Both the position numbers and the translations under genes were made by a program. 64,000 nt of DNA, taken from positions 1 through 64,000 of the IMG/VR virus record IMGVR_UViG_3300009128_000011; one strand, 5' to 3'. The stretch is from a virus. This document shows positions 1 to 9,374 of this stretch, one piece after another. The notes under the pieces were generated by a model that was not told where the DNA came from, did not search any database, and worked only from the letters and a program-made list of their open reading frames with translations. Each line of letters begins with the position of its first letter. Within the stretch, counting starts at the first letter, position 1.

Positions 1-601
1 ACTCCTTCTTCTTCCCCACCAGCGTCAGCCGGTTGACCGACAGCTCCACCCCGCGGCGGTCGTTGCCGTCGTTGTCCGTCCAGTGGCTGACCCGGATCAC
101 GCCCGACAGGTGGACGCTCGACCCCTTCTGCAGGTACTGCCCCGCGATCTCGGCCGTGCGCTCGAACGCCGTCGCCCGGATCCAGTCCGTAGTGGAGTTC
201 TCGCCGAAGCCGTAATCGGTGGCGACCGAGAAGTTGCAGACCGCCTTCCCCTCGTTCGTCGAACGGCTCTCCGGGTCGCGCCCGAGCCTCCCCATGACGA
301 AGGCCTCGGCGACCGTCGCCTCCGGCTTCGCCTCCGCGGCCAGGAAGGTGATCCGGTACGCCTTGATCACGTACGTCGGCGGGTTGTCTCCCACCGAGGA
401 CATGCGCCCCTCGGCGCGGACGAGCTGGCCGACCTGCAGCTCCTTGGCGGCGTCCACGGCGTTGCCGCTGCACAGCAGGTAGTGCTCGTGCTTCTGGTTG
501 CCGGCCTTGGTGGCGAGGACCACCTTGGCGCCGTCCCCCGCCTTCACGGGGGGCTTCGCCACCTTGCCGATGATCCTCACCTCGTTGACGGTCCCTGCCA
601 T
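1..601 (-). CDS. ssb: Single-stranded DNA-binding protein with two tandem OB folds (3' end outside window)
   Basis: Manual translation (absent from ORF track): MAGTVNEVRIIGKVAKPP...GQLVRAEGRM, then a second SSB unit VMGRLGRDPESRSTNEGKAVCNFSVATD...TDWIRATAFERTAEIAGQYLQKGSSVHLSG; GGAG RBS before ATG at 601. Confidence 0.85.
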   Translation of the reverse strand, partial: MAGTVNEVRIIGKVAKPPVKAGDGAKVVLATKAGNQKHEHYLLCSGNAVDAAKELQVGQLVRAEGRMSSVGDNPPTYVIKAYRITFLAAEAKPEATVAEAFVMGRLGRDPESRSTNEGKAVCNFSVATDYGFGENSTTDWIRATAFERTAEIAGQYLQKGSSVHLSGVIRVSHWTDNDGNDRRGVELSVNRLTLVGKKKE

Positions 602-610
602 GTCGATCTC

Positions 611-1570
611 CTACCAGCCCGCGTCCGCGGGGGTGTCCTGCTGTGCGGCCTTGAGGTCCGCCAGCTCCTTCGTGATGTCCCGTCCGGCCTGGCGCAGCGT
701 CTCCGTCGGCATCGTCGCCTCGTCGGCGAACAGCTTGCCCTGGCCGGTGATCCCGTGCTTGACCAGCGCCTGCGGCGCGTTCGCCGGCGCGTTCGGCAGG
801 CTCATGGCCTGGTTGGCCAGCTTGTCGATCTGGTGCTGCACGTCCTTGCGGCTGTTCGTCGCCCACGGGTCCGCCGGCGCCGTGTCCGCGGGGGGTGTCT
901 CCGGCTGCGCGGGAGGGGAGGCAGAGCCGGGAGCGGCCTCCCCTCCCGCGGCCGGACCGCCCTCCGAAGAGGAGGAGGAAGGCGGCGTGCTGGTGTCGGG
1001 CGCGGCGCTCTCCGCCTCGCCGGCGGCAGCGCTGTCCGTCAGGGACGAGCGGTGCGCCTTGAGGCCGAGCCGGTCCTCCTTGTCGCGGAGGGACAGCCCG
1101 AAGGCGGTGCCGAGCAGAGCGGCGGCGCGCTTGAGCGCGGCCGTCTCCGCCCCCCGGATCGCCGTGTCGAAGTTCGGACCGAGCCCCTCCCCCTGCCGGC
1201 TGTCGCACGTCCCCGTGCCGGGGTAGAAGCCCCCGTCCTTGATCACGAGGACCACGCTGCAGGTGGCGTACACCCGCCATTTGCCGGAGATAACGACCGG
1301 GTCCATGAGCAGCCGCGGGGGGTCGGTGTGGTAGGCGCCCCACCCGTCCTCGCCGAACAGTCGGTTGAGCTGCCGCACCACGTGCTCGCCCGAGAGAAAC
1401 GGCTTGTCGAGGTCCCCGACGACGCCCTTCTCCTTGTCCTCCCCCACGAAGTGGATCGGGGAGTCGGGGTGCTCGAAGTGCGGGAGGGACTCCCGGATGA
1501 CGCCCTTCTGCTCGGGGGTGAACCCCCTACCGAAGGCAAGCGCTGCGACGGGCTTCTTGGGGTCTGGCAT
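611..1570 (-). CDS. Rad52/Rad22-family (Sak-like) ssDNA annealing protein
   Basis: FLSGEHVVRQLNRLFGEDGW and AIRGAETAALKRAAALLGTAFGLSL match the Rad52/22 fold; low-complexity C-terminal tail; adjacent to ssb. Confidence 0.8.
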   Translation of the reverse strand: MPDPKKPVAALAFGRGFTPEQKGVIRESLPHFEHPDSPIHFVGEDKEKGVVGDLDKPFLSGEHVVRQLNRLFGEDGWGAYHTDPPRLLMDPVVISGKWRVYATCSVVLVIKDGGFYPGTGTCDSRQGEGLGPNFDTAIRGAETAALKRAAALLGTAFGLSLRDKEDRLGLKAHRSSLTDSAAAGEAESAAPDTSTPPSSSSSEGGPAAGGEAAPGSASPPAQPETPPADTAPADPWATNSRKDVQHQIDKLANQAMSLPNAPANAPQALVKHGITGQGKLFADEATMPTETLRQAGRDITKELADLKAAQQDTPADAGW

Positions 1571-1596
1571 GTGGCTCCTATCCTTGGCTGGGGACC

Positions 1597-1625
1597 ACGG
1601 TACAGGGGACATATCCCAGAGTCAA
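1597..1625 (-). promoter_or_regulatory. Sigma70-type promoter for annealase-ssb operon
   Basis: TTGACT-17 nt-TACCGT on minus strand. Confidence 0.55.
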
Positions 1626-1646
1626 CAACTTTCTTTACCACCGGAC

Positions 1647-1675
1647 TTGCGCACAATAACCGATAGGTGTAGGCT
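1647..1675 (+). promoter_or_regulatory. Divergent sigma70-type promoter, probably giving a leaderless mRNA for the XRE gene
   Basis: TTGCGC-17 nt-TAGGCT, 7 nt before ATG 1683, no Shine-Dalgarno. Confidence 0.5.
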
Positions 1676-1682
1676 GCCCCTC

Positions 1683-1892
1683 ATGGATGACGCCAAGACC
1701 GAGTTCGCCAGCCGGCTACGAGCCGCCAGGGAAGCGGCAGCCCTCTCGCAGGAAGCCGTTGCCCGACACCTCGACGTCGCCCTCGGCACCTACGCCAACT
1801 GGGAACGTGGGAAGGGATCGCCGCAGGGATGGCGGATCCCGTCCATCTGCGCGTTGCTCGGCTGCAAGCCGAAGGACATCCTTCCAGCATGA
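1683..1892 (+). CDS. XRE/Cro-like HTH regulator
   Basis: FASRLRAAREAAALSQEAVARHLDVALGTYANWERGKGSP; ATGA overlap with next gene. Confidence 0.85.
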   Translation: MDDAKTEFASRLRAAREAAALSQEAVARHLDVALGTYANWERGKGSPQGWRIPSICALLGCKPKDILPA

Positions 1893-2353
1893 CCCTCTCC
1901 TTCCACGTCCCCGGCCCGCCGCAGCCATGGGAGCGCGCGACGCCCATCGCCTTCGCCAACTGGCTCAAGGGGGTCGTGCGCCGGCGCCCGAACGCCACCG
2001 TGGCCGAGATGTACGACGCCATCGTCAAGTCCGCCTTCGCCATGCAGACGACGCCGCCGCGGACCCGGGACTGGCAGGGAAGGGTGGGGGCCTGCGCCCA
2101 GCTCGCCATGACCGAACAGGGCATCGAGCGCTTCCCCGCCGGCGTCCCCCTCCTCCTCGAGCTGGACGTCTGCACCGACCAGAAAGGGAAGACCGCCGGC
2201 GACGCCTCCAACTTCCAGAAATCCGTCGAGGACGGCCTCAACCGGATCGCCTGGGACGACGACGAGCAGGTCGTCCGGTGGGTGGGGCAGCTCGTGCGGG
2301 GATGCCACCCGGAGAACGCGGGGGTGGGGGTGAGGGTGGGGCCCGCCTCGTGA
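1889..2353 (+). CDS. rusA: RusA-family Holliday junction resolvase
   Basis: FHVPGPPQPWER and GDASNFQKSVEDGLNRIAWDDDEQV (D..N..K...D.L....DD..V). Confidence 0.8.
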   Translation: MTLSFHVPGPPQPWERATPIAFANWLKGVVRRRPNATVAEMYDAIVKSAFAMQTTPPRTRDWQGRVGACAQLAMTEQGIERFPAGVPLLLELDVCTDQKGKTAGDASNFQKSVEDGLNRIAWDDDEQVVRWVGQLVRGCHPENAGVGVRVGPAS

Positions 2354-4116
2354 CTCCCCTCGTCCTGCGCGCCGACTACCAGCAGCCGTCCGTCGACGCG
2401 GTGCGACGGGAGTGGGCTCGCTGGCAGCGCCCCATCGTCTCCGCGGCTACGGGGATGGGGAAAACGGTCATCGGCATCGGCCTCGCCCGGGAGCTCCTCA
2501 CCCAGAAGCCCGACGGGCGTCTCCTCTGGCTCGCCCACCGCAAGGAGCTGATCACCCAGCCCTACGAGGCGTTCCGGCGGTGGTGCCCCGAGCTGTCCTG
2601 CGGCATCGTCAAGCAGAAGCGCCGGGAGTACGACCGCCAGGTCGTCATCGCCAGCGTCCCCTCCCTCGGGCCGAAGCGGCTCCCCGAGCTGCCGCACCTC
2701 GACTGGATCCTCATCGACGAGGCCCACCACTGCCTGCGGGACAACTCCTACGGCCGGATCGTCAACTACGTCTACGACGACAGCCCGGGCGTGCGCCTGG
2801 CCGGGATGACCGCCACCCCCTGGCGCACCGACGGCGGCCTCGGCGGGGTCTTCGACGGCTGCGTCGGCGGCTACGATCTCCAGTGGGGGATCGAGCACGG
2901 TCGGCTGGTCCCCGTGGTGGGGAAGCGGGCCGTCACCGACATCTCCCTCGACGGCGTGGCCAAGCGGGGAGGGGACTTCGTCGCCAAGTCCCTATCCGAG
3001 CGGATCAACACCGACGACCGGAACCGCAAGGTCGTCGACGAGTACCTCAATGTCGCGGGCGAGCGGCCGTTCATCGCCTTCGCAGCGGACATCGCCCACG
3101 CCCAGGATCTGGCCGTGGCCTTCCGGGCGCGCGGCGTGGCCTGCGAGGCGATCTGGGACGGCATCGACAAGGAGTGCGGGAAGGGGAGCCGGGAGCGGGT
3201 GCTCGCCGACCACAAGGCCGGGCGCCTCCACGGCGTAGTCAACGTGGGGATCCTCACCGAGGGCTACGACGACCCTCGGATCCGCTGCGTCATCCTCGCC
3301 CGGCCGACCCGGTCCAAGCTCCTCCTCTTCCAGATGGTCGGCCGCGGCACCCGGCTCGCCGCCGGCACCGAGTGGGCGCACGAGTCCGCAGACGCCGGCA
3401 AGCGGGACTGCCTGCTGCTCGACTTCGCCGACGCAGTCGGCAACGCCGGGCCCCTCGTCTCGATCCTCGACCTGGGCGTTCCCGTCCCCGACGTGGAGAC
3501 GGGGGAGGAGATCCTGCCCCCCGAGGAACCCGTGGTCGACACCGGGCCCCCGACGGACCGGCACGGCCGCGTCGAGTGGACGCTCCAGGAGTTCGACCTC
3601 TTCACCGGTCGGCTGCGCTGGGAGTGGGTGGGGCAGACCCGGGTCCTCGGGCTCGACGACAAGCTCACCCGCATCGTGGTGGTCTGGCCCGACGCTCCGG
3701 GGTACCGGGCGATCCTCGCCGACGTCAAGGAGCGTCGCGTGCAGTGGCTCACCTGGGGCACCGTCTCCGAGTCCGAAGCCCTGCGCAAGGCCGAGTCCTG
3801 CTGCCGGAAGTCCGGGGCGAACGGACGCCAGCTCTACAAGCACCCCTCCTTCTGGGCGAAACCGGCCTATCCGCAGCAGCGCACCGCCCTGGAACGGTAC
3901 GGCTTCCCCGCCGGCGAGACCGTGCACTGGTCCCGGGCCAAGGCCCGGCGGGCCCGGGAGTGGTGTCTCGCCCGGGCCACCTTCGAGTGCCACATCCACG
4001 GCCGCTGGCCGACGCCAGGGCGACTGCTGCGCTACGCCCGGGAGTTCTACCGGGCCGGCGGGCAGATACCGGAGGAGACGGACGTGCGGCCCGCGGCCGC
4101 GGGGGGGACGTGGTGA
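2350..4116 (+). CDS. Superfamily 2 DEAH helicase
   Basis: ATGMGKT, LAHRKEL, LIDEAHH, GMTATP, LTEGYD, QMVGRGTR; GTG start overlaps rusA stop. Confidence 0.9.
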   Translation: MTPLVLRADYQQPSVDAVRREWARWQRPIVSAATGMGKTVIGIGLARELLTQKPDGRLLWLAHRKELITQPYEAFRRWCPELSCGIVKQKRREYDRQVVIASVPSLGPKRLPELPHLDWILIDEAHHCLRDNSYGRIVNYVYDDSPGVRLAGMTATPWRTDGGLGGVFDGCVGGYDLQWGIEHGRLVPVVGKRAVTDISLDGVAKRGGDFVAKSLSERINTDDRNRKVVDEYLNVAGERPFIAFAADIAHAQDLAVAFRARGVACEAIWDGIDKECGKGSRERVLADHKAGRLHGVVNVGILTEGYDDPRIRCVILARPTRSKLLLFQMVGRGTRLAAGTEWAHESADAGKRDCLLLDFADAVGNAGPLVSILDLGVPVPDVETGEEILPPEEPVVDTGPPTDRHGRVEWTLQEFDLFTGRLRWEWVGQTRVLGLDDKLTRIVVVWPDAPGYRAILADVKERRVQWLTWGTVSESEALRKAESCCRKSGANGRQLYKHPSFWAKPAYPQQRTALERYGFPAGETVHWSRAKARRAREWCLARATFECHIHGRWPTPGRLLRYAREFYRAGGQIPEETDVRPAAAGGTW

Positions 4117-5636
4117 GCTTGCAGGTCACCGACCCGTGCCCCGAGTGCGAGAGCACCGAGCGCGTCTACCTCTGGCAGCCCTACGCCAGTGGGCGCCACC
4201 TCCGGTGCGAGTGCACCTGCGGCCGCTGGATCCGCTACCTCAAACAGACGCCGGAGAACGTCGCCCTGGTGGAGGGGGAGGACGAGTCAGCGGCGGAGAT
4301 CGCCGTCGAGGCCATCGTCTCCCGCTCCGACGTCATCCTCTCCGACGCGCAGAACGCCGTCGTCGACGGGGTCTGCGGCCTCGAGCGGGGACAGGTGCTG
4401 GTCTGCGTGGGGTACGCAGGTGTGGGGAAGTCGACGACGCTACGGACCATCCTCCACCGGACGCGTGTTGCCGCGGTCCTCACTCCGACGGGGAAGGCGT
4501 CGAGCCGACTCGCCGAGCTGGGTGTCCCCGCCCGCACCATCCACTCCCTGCTCTACTCGCCCCGGGAGACGCGGAAGTCCCGTGAGGTGGAGTGGGACCT
4601 GAAGGAGCCGGACGTCTTTGACGGGGACCTGCTGGCGCTCGACGAAGGGTCCATGGTGACTCCTCGGATCGCAGAGGACCTGGCCGACCTTGTCGAGCGT
4701 CGCAAGCTGCGCATGGCAATCTTCGGCGACGGCTTCCAGCTCCCGCCCATCCTGTCCCGACGGGAGCAGCGGGACTACCCCGCCGGCTTCTCCCTGCTCG
4801 GCGACCACGGCGGCCACCTGGTGGAGGGGGCCAAGCGCTTCGCCCTGACCGAGGTCTTCCGCCAGGCCCTCGACAGCCCCGTGCTAGCCGCTGCGACGTC
4901 GATTCGCAACGGGGGCACCGCCAATCCACCCGAGGGCCAGGACGCCCACACGAGCGAACAGGGAGGGGTGGAAGAGGTGGCGCAAGCCCTCGCCGCCGCG
5001 CTGGCCGACGAGACCGACGTCGTCGGGATCACCTGGACCAACCGGGACCGGCACGCCGTCAACCGCCGCGTGCGCTCCCTGCTGGGCCGGTGGGGAGCCC
5101 TCCCCGTCTCCGGGGAACCCCTCATGGTCCTCCACAACCAGCACGCCCTCGGGCTCATGAACGGGGAGACCGCCATCGTGCAGGAGGTCTACGAGCACAC
5201 GCTGGCCCCCCTCCGGCTCGACGACGACGACGGACCCAAGGGAGTGGAGGCGAGGCTGCTCACCCCCCGTGGCTACCCCCTCGACGTCACCCTCGCCGTC
5301 GACTTCCTCGGAGGCACCGACCGCTGGTACCCCGCCGAGTTGTACCGCCGCGACTTCGGGCTGCCTCGCTACGTCAAGGCGGGGCTGCTGGTCGCTGACT
5401 GGGGGTACGCGTCGACGGCGCATAAGGCGCAAGGCTCGGAGTCAGACCACGCCATCGTCTACGTCTCCACCGCCCTGGCCCGTTGCCTCGATCCCGAGGA
5501 GCGACGACGCCTGGTATACACTGCCATCACCCGCGCCCGCTCTCGTCTCCACGTCGTCTACGGCGAGGGGCTGGGGTGGTGCTTCGGACCGACCGTTCAA
5601 CCACAGGAGCCTATCCCATGCCCGACACCGATCTGA
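4113..5636 (+). CDS. RecD/Dda-like superfamily 1 helicase with N-terminal Zn ribbon
   Basis: CPEC...CECTCG, GYAGVGKST, LTPTGKA, LDEGSMV, GDGFQLPP, LTEVFRQ, YASTAHKAQGSE, VYTAITRAR. Confidence 0.9.
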   Translation: MSLQVTDPCPECESTERVYLWQPYASGRHLRCECTCGRWIRYLKQTPENVALVEGEDESAAEIAVEAIVSRSDVILSDAQNAVVDGVCGLERGQVLVCVGYAGVGKSTTLRTILHRTRVAAVLTPTGKASSRLAELGVPARTIHSLLYSPRETRKSREVEWDLKEPDVFDGDLLALDEGSMVTPRIAEDLADLVERRKLRMAIFGDGFQLPPILSRREQRDYPAGFSLLGDHGGHLVEGAKRFALTEVFRQALDSPVLAAATSIRNGGTANPPEGQDAHTSEQGGVEEVAQALAAALADETDVVGITWTNRDRHAVNRRVRSLLGRWGALPVSGEPLMVLHNQHALGLMNGETAIVQEVYEHTLAPLRLDDDDGPKGVEARLLTPRGYPLDVTLAVDFLGGTDRWYPAELYRRDFGLPRYVKAGLLVADWGYASTAHKAQGSESDHAIVYVSTALARCLDPEERRRLVYTAITRARSRLHVVYGEGLGWCFGPTVQPQEPIPCPTPI

Positions 5637-5977
5637 GCATCACCACCATCGGCGGGGGCGCCCTCGCCGAGGACTTCAACCGCGCCCTCCAGCGCGTCTT
5701 CGACGACGTCGAGCGCGACCCGGACCTCAAGGACGCCGTCCGCACCATCTCCGTCAAGGTGACGATCCAGGACTCCGACAAGAGCGGCTACTTCGTCACC
5801 AAGCACTCCGTCACCACCACGCTGCCCGCGAAGAAGACTGCCGGGATCGCGTGGGTGGACGGCGACGCCATGCGGACCAGCAGCCAGGTCCGCAGCGAGG
5901 ACGCCCAGCTCGAGCTCGACGGGTCGCGCTCCGACAAGGTGACCCCCATCAACCGCCGCACCGGGGGTGCATCGTGA
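5618..5977 (+). CDS. Conserved phage protein upstream of the DUF2303-like gene
   Basis: AGGAG RBS; IGGGALAEDFNRAL...RTISVKVTI; coupled to next gene. Confidence 0.55.
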   Translation: MPDTDLSITTIGGGALAEDFNRALQRVFDDVERDPDLKDAVRTISVKVTIQDSDKSGYFVTKHSVTTTLPAKKTAGIAWVDGDAMRTSSQVRSEDAQLELDGSRSDKVTPINRRTGGAS

Positions 5978-6792
5978 TCGACCTGAACGACCTGCCCGAC
6001 GCCGTCGTGAACACCCTCAACGTGCTGACGGACGAGGCCGTCGAAAAGATCCCCGTCACGCACGGTTCCGTCCTCGTCCGCGACGGCTACTCTGTCGAGC
6101 ACCTGGACGACCGGCCGCCGGCGCGCAAGCACGCCGTCAACGACCTCCCCTCTCTCCTGGCGTGGGCCAAGCGGTGGGGGAAGCCCGAGGAGTCCACCCT
6201 GTTCTGCGATCCCGGCGGCTTCGTCCTCGTCCTCGACGACACCGGCAGCCAGGAGGTGGGGCGCGAGATCGTCAGCTACCACCCGACCCTGTCGACCGCG
6301 GCCAAGGCGTGGCTGGGACGCGGTGCGGCCGGCGCCCCGTGGACGAAGGAGCACATCCCCTTCAAGCGCTTCGTCGAGGAGCGCGCCGACGACCTCGTCG
6401 ACCACGAGCTGCTCGACGCCGTCCTGCGCTTCAAGACCCGCACCGAGTTCTCCTACGACGCCGACCTCGAGGACGGGAAGTCCGTCAGCTTTACCGTGGT
6501 GAGCAAGCAGGGCTCGGGGAAGGGGGTCGTGACGCTTCCCAAGGTCTTCTCGATCCGCATCCCGCTGTTCCGGGGGACGGTCAACCCCGAGACCGACGAC
6601 GAGCGGCTCTACGACGTCGAGTGCCGGCTCTCCTACGAGCAGGTGGCCGACGGGTCCAAGATCGCCTTCGAGGTCCGGCCGCAGCACGTGGCCGAGCTGA
6701 TGGACAAGGCGCTCGCCGACCTGGTCGCCGACGCCAGGGCCGACCTCGGGCCGGCGTGGCTCATCGTGTCCGGAGCCCCCTGCTACCGGTGA
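5974..6792 (+). CDS. DUF2303/YfdQ-like phage protein
   Basis: DLPSLLAWAKR, FVLVLDD, LSTAAKAW, FVEERADDL, LPKVFSIRIPLFRG. Confidence 0.65.
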   Translation: MIDLNDLPDAVVNTLNVLTDEAVEKIPVTHGSVLVRDGYSVEHLDDRPPARKHAVNDLPSLLAWAKRWGKPEESTLFCDPGGFVLVLDDTGSQEVGREIVSYHPTLSTAAKAWLGRGAAGAPWTKEHIPFKRFVEERADDLVDHELLDAVLRFKTRTEFSYDADLEDGKSVSFTVVSKQGSGKGVVTLPKVFSIRIPLFRGTVNPETDDERLYDVECRLSYEQVADGSKIAFEVRPQHVAELMDKALADLVADARADLGPAWLIVSGAPCYR

Positions 6793-7348
6793 GCACGAGA
6801 ACGCCCGAAGGGGCGACCGGCTGGGGGCCGTCTCCCACGTTGGTCGAGCAGGAACCCCCGGGGACGGAGCTCGTCCGCCCCGGGGCGTTCCTGCAGTACC
6901 GTCTCCCGATGACCGACTGGACCCCCGTCCGGGTCCTCGCCGTCCGGGAGACCCGGGTCTGGCTCGACGCCCCCGCGCTGGAGCGCACCATCGCCGTCGA
7001 GCGCGTCGCCGTCGACGACGGCACCGCCCGCTGGAGGAAGCCCCCATGGGGGACGTGAACCCGCTCGCCAAGCTCCGAGGTCACTACGCCCAGCGGCTCG
7101 GGGTCCTCCTCACCTGGCCCGAGGTGAAGGCCGTCCAGGAGGAGATCACCAGGCTGCGGGGGGAAGCCCGCTCCAGCGCGGCGAGAGCAGCACGAGCGCG
7201 CATCGGCATGATCGCCCGCAGCCCCTGCCGGCACGCGCAGGGGAGCTTCCCCGACGAGGGCGACCCCCTACGCTGTCCCGCCCTCTTCGGGGCCACCAGC
7301 CGGGATCGGTGGTGCGAGGCGTGTCTGGCGCGGGAGGTCTCCTCATGA
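6789..7348 (+). CDS. Two small coupled hypothetical genes (6789-7058 and about 7046/7055-7348)
   Basis: Start/stop overlaps continue the operon. Confidence 0.5.
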
Positions 7349-7839
7349 CCCGCCCCACCGCCGACCTGATCGGCCGCACCTACAGCGTCCCCGTCCCCTA
7401 CCACGGCTGGGAGGAGACCGGCGTCCCGGTCGTGGTCGACATCACCATCAACCGCACCGCCGACGGGCGCGTGGTCGAGGTCTTCATCGCCGGCACCCCC
7501 CCGGGCTACAAGGCCATGGCAAACGCTGTGTGCCGGATCGTCTCGGCCGCCCTGCAGCACGGTCTCCCCGAAGGCCGCGTTGTCAAGATGCTGCGCGGGC
7601 AGGCCGAGGGATCCACCCCCGTCCGGTGGGGGCCGGGGGAGCGCAACCGGGTCTCCTCCATCCCCGACGCCATCGGGCGACTGCTCGCCGAGGAGATCGG
7701 CCTCGAGCCCGTGCGCGAGCGCTTCGACTTCAGGAAGAGCGCCCTCGACGACACCACTCCCCTCAAGCCGCAGTGCCGGTGCGGCCTCGACCTCGACCAC
7801 CCGGGGCCGTGCCGGAGCTTCGTCCCGGAGGTAGCATGA
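7345..7839 (+). CDS. Stand-alone TSCPD-like domain protein (class II ribonucleotide reductase C-terminal-like)
   Basis: ITINRTADGRVVEVFI, AVCRIVSAALQHG...VVKMLRG, SSIPDAIGRLL. Confidence 0.7.
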   Translation: MTRPTADLIGRTYSVPVPYHGWEETGVPVVVDITINRTADGRVVEVFIAGTPPGYKAMANAVCRIVSAALQHGLPEGRVVKMLRGQAEGSTPVRWGPGERNRVSSIPDAIGRLLAEEIGLEPVRERFDFRKSALDDTTPLKPQCRCGLDLDHPGPCRSFVPEVA

Positions 7840-7985
7840 GCAAGCCGACCCAGCGCCCCCCGTCGTGTGCATGTGTGGTTCCACCCGCTTCAAGCGGTCT
7901 TCGGGACGATGAGTGGGATCTGCGGGAACGGCTGTACAACGAGTGCAGAAACCTAACATACGGACCCGTCGGGAGAGACTGAGGG

Positions 7986-8816
7986 ATGGAGAAAGTTGAC
8001 ATCTGCGTTTTCCACAAAGACTGCATGGACGGAGTCGCCGCGGCCTGGGCCGTCTGGCTCAAGCACCCCGAGGCCAAGTTCGTCCCCCTGGAGTACGGCG
8101 TCCCCCCGGCACTCGAGACCTTCGGCGGCCACCACGTCGTCCTGGTCGACTTCTCCTACCCGCGTCACGAGCTGGAGCACATCCGGCGAGTCGCCGGCAG
8201 TCTGCTCGTCCTCGACCACCACAAGACCGCCCAGGCCGACCTGCAGGACTTCCCCGGAGCGGTCTTCGACCTCGACAAGGCCGGGTGCCGGCTGGCGTGG
8301 GAGCAGTTCCACCCAGGCGAAGCCGCGCCCTGGGTGATCGACTACGTGGAGGATCGGGACCTGTGGCGGTGGAAGCTCCCAGACAGCGAAGCCGTCAGCG
8401 CTGGTCTGGCGCTCCACGGGATCCCGACACATCCTCACGACTTCGAGCCACTGGCAGCGGGGCAACAGGGAGACGCCGACTGGTGCCACCTGGTGCAGTG
8501 CGGGGAGGTCGTTCTCACCTGCCGCGCCGCCCTCGCCCGCGCCATCTCCCTGACCGCCTACACCGTCGAGATGGGGGACGAGCAGGTCCCCATCGCCACC
8601 TGTCCCAAGCTCCTGGCCTCCGAGGTCGGAGAGCTGCTGGCCGACGGGATGCCCTTCGGCGCCACCTGGCACCAGCGACATGACGGCCGCATCGTCGTCG
8701 AACTCCGGTCCCGGGAAGGGGGCACCGACGTCTCCGAGGTCGCCAAGCTGTACGGAGGAGGAGGCCACCGGCACGCTGCTGGGTTCGTGACCGACCGGCC
8801 TTGGTGGCTGCGATGA
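7986..8816 (+). CDS. DHH/DHHA1 phosphoesterase
   Basis: FHKDCMDG, LVDFSY, LDHHKT, EDRDLW, GGGGHRHAAGF. Confidence 0.88.
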   Translation: MEKVDICVFHKDCMDGVAAAWAVWLKHPEAKFVPLEYGVPPALETFGGHHVVLVDFSYPRHELEHIRRVAGSLLVLDHHKTAQADLQDFPGAVFDLDKAGCRLAWEQFHPGEAAPWVIDYVEDRDLWRWKLPDSEAVSAGLALHGIPTHPHDFEPLAAGQQGDADWCHLVQCGEVVLTCRAALARAISLTAYTVEMGDEQVPIATCPKLLASEVGELLADGMPFGATWHQRHDGRIVVELRSREGGTDVSEVAKLYGGGGHRHAAGFVTDRPWWLR

Positions 8817-9374
8817 GCGGACCCGACCGGGAAGACCTGCTCGACGCCCTCCAGGCCCTCGCCCCCAACCCATGGGCCGAGCCCTGCCGCACCTGCGTCC
8901 ACCTCGACGAGGAGGGGTGCAACGACTGCGGTCGACCGAACTGCGACCTGGTCGACCGGGACGCACCGGACGCCACCGGCGACTGCACCGACTACGAGGA
9001 CGGGAGGTAGGGGCGTGAACTGCACGCACGACTGGGACCACGAGTTCGCCGGGTGCACCGCCGACGGTGGGACCGTGATGGTGCTCCGGGCTCGGGGATC
9101 CGGCATCACGGAGGCCACGCACCGGCTGCAGAACGCCCTCGACGACTTCGGCACCGCCACCTACGACAACGTCGGCCGCATCGGGCAGATCGCCGAGGAC
9201 ATCCGCAGGGCAGAGGCCCAGGTCCAGGCCATGCTCCGCAACGCCGAGATGTCCAGGGTCGGCCCCGAGCTGGACCTGCGCCCGACCCCCCGCCCGCGGA
9301 TCTCCCGCTGGCCCGAGCACGCGCTGCAACGACGGTTCGCCCGGAGGGACCGGGCGCTGGCGGTGAAGGCGTGA
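8813..9374 (+). CDS. Two small hypothetical genes (8813-9010 Cys-rich; 9015-9374)
   Basis: Coupled ORFs on the operon strand. Confidence 0.5.

Noticed and set aside
1687-4110. Long N-terminal extensions of the helicase ORFs given in the ORF track
   Set aside because: They overlap recognisable upstream genes; the coupled GTG starts at 2350 and about 4113 are more plausible
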